Below are positions 63,175-64,000 of a DNA stretch of 64,000 nucleotides, in pieces (position 1 is the stretch's first letter; the number at the start of each line of letters is the position of its first letter). Below the pieces are notes generated by a model. It was not told where the DNA came from and made no database searches. It was given only the letters and a program-made list of their open reading frames with translations. The translations under genes were made by a program, and so were the position numbers. Source of the stretch: a virus (lineage: Duplodnaviria; Heunggongvirae; Uroviricota; Caudoviricetes); the IMG/VR virus record IMGVR_UViG_3300035182_001709; one strand, 5' to 3'.

Positions 63175-63999
63175 TCACTTTCGATCGAAAGAGCGCTCAA
63201 CCTCTTCGACCTCATCGTGCGAGACCTTCACGATTTCGACATCCTTGTCGAGGTTGTAGTTGGGATCGGGCGGGTCGGTGTCAGGCCCGTCTTCCTCGTC
63301 ATCCTCTTCAATTTCGACCTTCGTCATCTTGAGGTGCTTGCGGGTCAGGCGATGCATCCGCTCGACCTCATCGACATCCTTGTACTTCTCGAGACGCTTG
63401 ACGCGGTCGGCCAACTCCTTGGTTGAGGCCTCGGCCTCTTCGGCGCTCATGAAACGTCGGCGCTTGACGTACTCCTGGATGAAGGCGATGGGCCAATCCT
63501 TGACACTTTTCATGGCGTCCTTCAGTTCGGGACCCAGCACGGCCTCGATGACCTCAGGCTCCATCTCGTTGATCAACAACAGCTCATCGAAGCGACCGGG
63601 GCGCAGAATCGCCTCGTCCAGCGAGTTGCGGTCGTTGACCGTCGCGATGACCAACTTCACGTGACGTTGGAAGAACTCCAGCGTCTCCAGGAGCTGCGCC
63701 TGAGCGTGAGCCCGATCGAAGTCATCCAAGATGATCGCGTCTGGTTCGAAGATGCTGATGGCCTCGAACAACGTCGAGCTCTCCAGGCCCGCCACATCTT
63801 CCACGCGGATGCGGAAAGAGCGCATCTTCAGCTCGGTGACGATGGTTCGCGCCATCGTCGACTTGCCGGTTCCCGGCGGCCCGTACAACATGACAGACCG
63901 CGAGACGTTGGCATCGATGCAGCGCTTCAGATAGGCCGCGTAGTTTGAGGCCCGCCTCGAGGGCATCGAGTGGAAAGCATCGTCCAATTCGAACAACAC
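63175..63999 (-). CDS. classical AAA ATPase (Walker A GPPGTGKST, Walker B DDFD, sensor RPGRFD); N-terminus at window edge
   Basis: 274 aa ORF. Confidence 0.7.
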   Translation of the reverse strand: MLFELDDAFHSMPSRRASNYAAYLKRCIDANVSRSVMLYGPPGTGKSTMARTIVTELKMRSFRIRVEDVAGLESSTLFEAISIFEPDAIILDDFDRAHAQAQLLETLEFFQRHVKLVIATVNDRNSLDEAILRPGRFDELLLINEMEPEVIEAVLGPELKDAMKSVKDWPIAFIQEYVKRRRFMSAEEAEASTKELADRVKRLEKYKDVDEVERMHRLTRKHLKMTKVEIEEDDEEDGPDTDPPDPNYNLDKDVEIVKVSHDEVEEVERSFDRK

Positions 64000-64000
64000 T

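Noticed and set aside
62734-63178. ORFs 62734..63024 and 62969..63178 between groES-position gene and AAA ATPase.
   Set aside because: They overlap each other, have odd composition, and span a strong 12-bp hairpin. The region is more likely intergenic/terminator.

Overview
This high-GC (~60%) window is densely coded on both strands and reads as a segment of a large (jumbo/huge) bacteriophage or phage-like element, not a bacterial core chromosome. I assigned all calls by eye from motifs; nothing was searched or computed.

What supports the phage reading:
- A minus-strand array of about 23 tRNA genes (10.25-14.35 kb), many with an encoded CCA and 1-3 nt spacers.
- Bacterial-type hallmark genes: ATP-dependent DNA ligase, a sigma-70-family sigma factor, GroEL, IF-1, a ribosomal bL12 C-terminal-domain-like protein, and HNH endonucleases.
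- Signs of a bacterial host: GGAGG-type ribosome-binding sites, GTG starts, and ATGA/TGATG translational coupling.

Stand-out content:
1. A major vault protein (MVP) homolog of 859 aa at 44.5-47.1 kb.
2. Two paralogous R-S-E ADP-ribosyltransferase-domain proteins (T4 Alt-like) of 501 and 781 aa.
3. At least eight proteins sharing an N-terminal amphipathic leader, 'MRIxLGELRxIIRxxLxE', ending in an (I/L)-x-E motif. This looks like a T4-type capsid-targeting propeptide. The proteins include two protein-kinase-like ORFs, both ADP-ribosyltransferases (ARTs), acidic Gly/Pro-rich proteins, and an ORF overlapping IF-1.
4. A 15-kb array of about 22 near-identical promoter cassettes (box A 'GTGAATCTTCAAC', extended -10 'TGGTAGGAT', ATG 4-6 nt later, implying leaderless mRNA). 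Each cassette drives a small gene of 40-130 aa. The TGA stop of the upstream gene is often embedded in the next cassette's box A.
5. Several coding anomalies:
   - a metallophosphatase split by an in-frame TAG plus a +1 frame change
   - a cassette gene carrying two in-frame TAG codons
   - a cassette gene that is frameshifted
   - tRNAs with non-canonical anticodon loops, one reading as UUA
6. tRNA-like noncoding elements: a 3' half with an encoded CCA, and a minihelix.
7. An expanded family of small KOW/SH3-like proteins.
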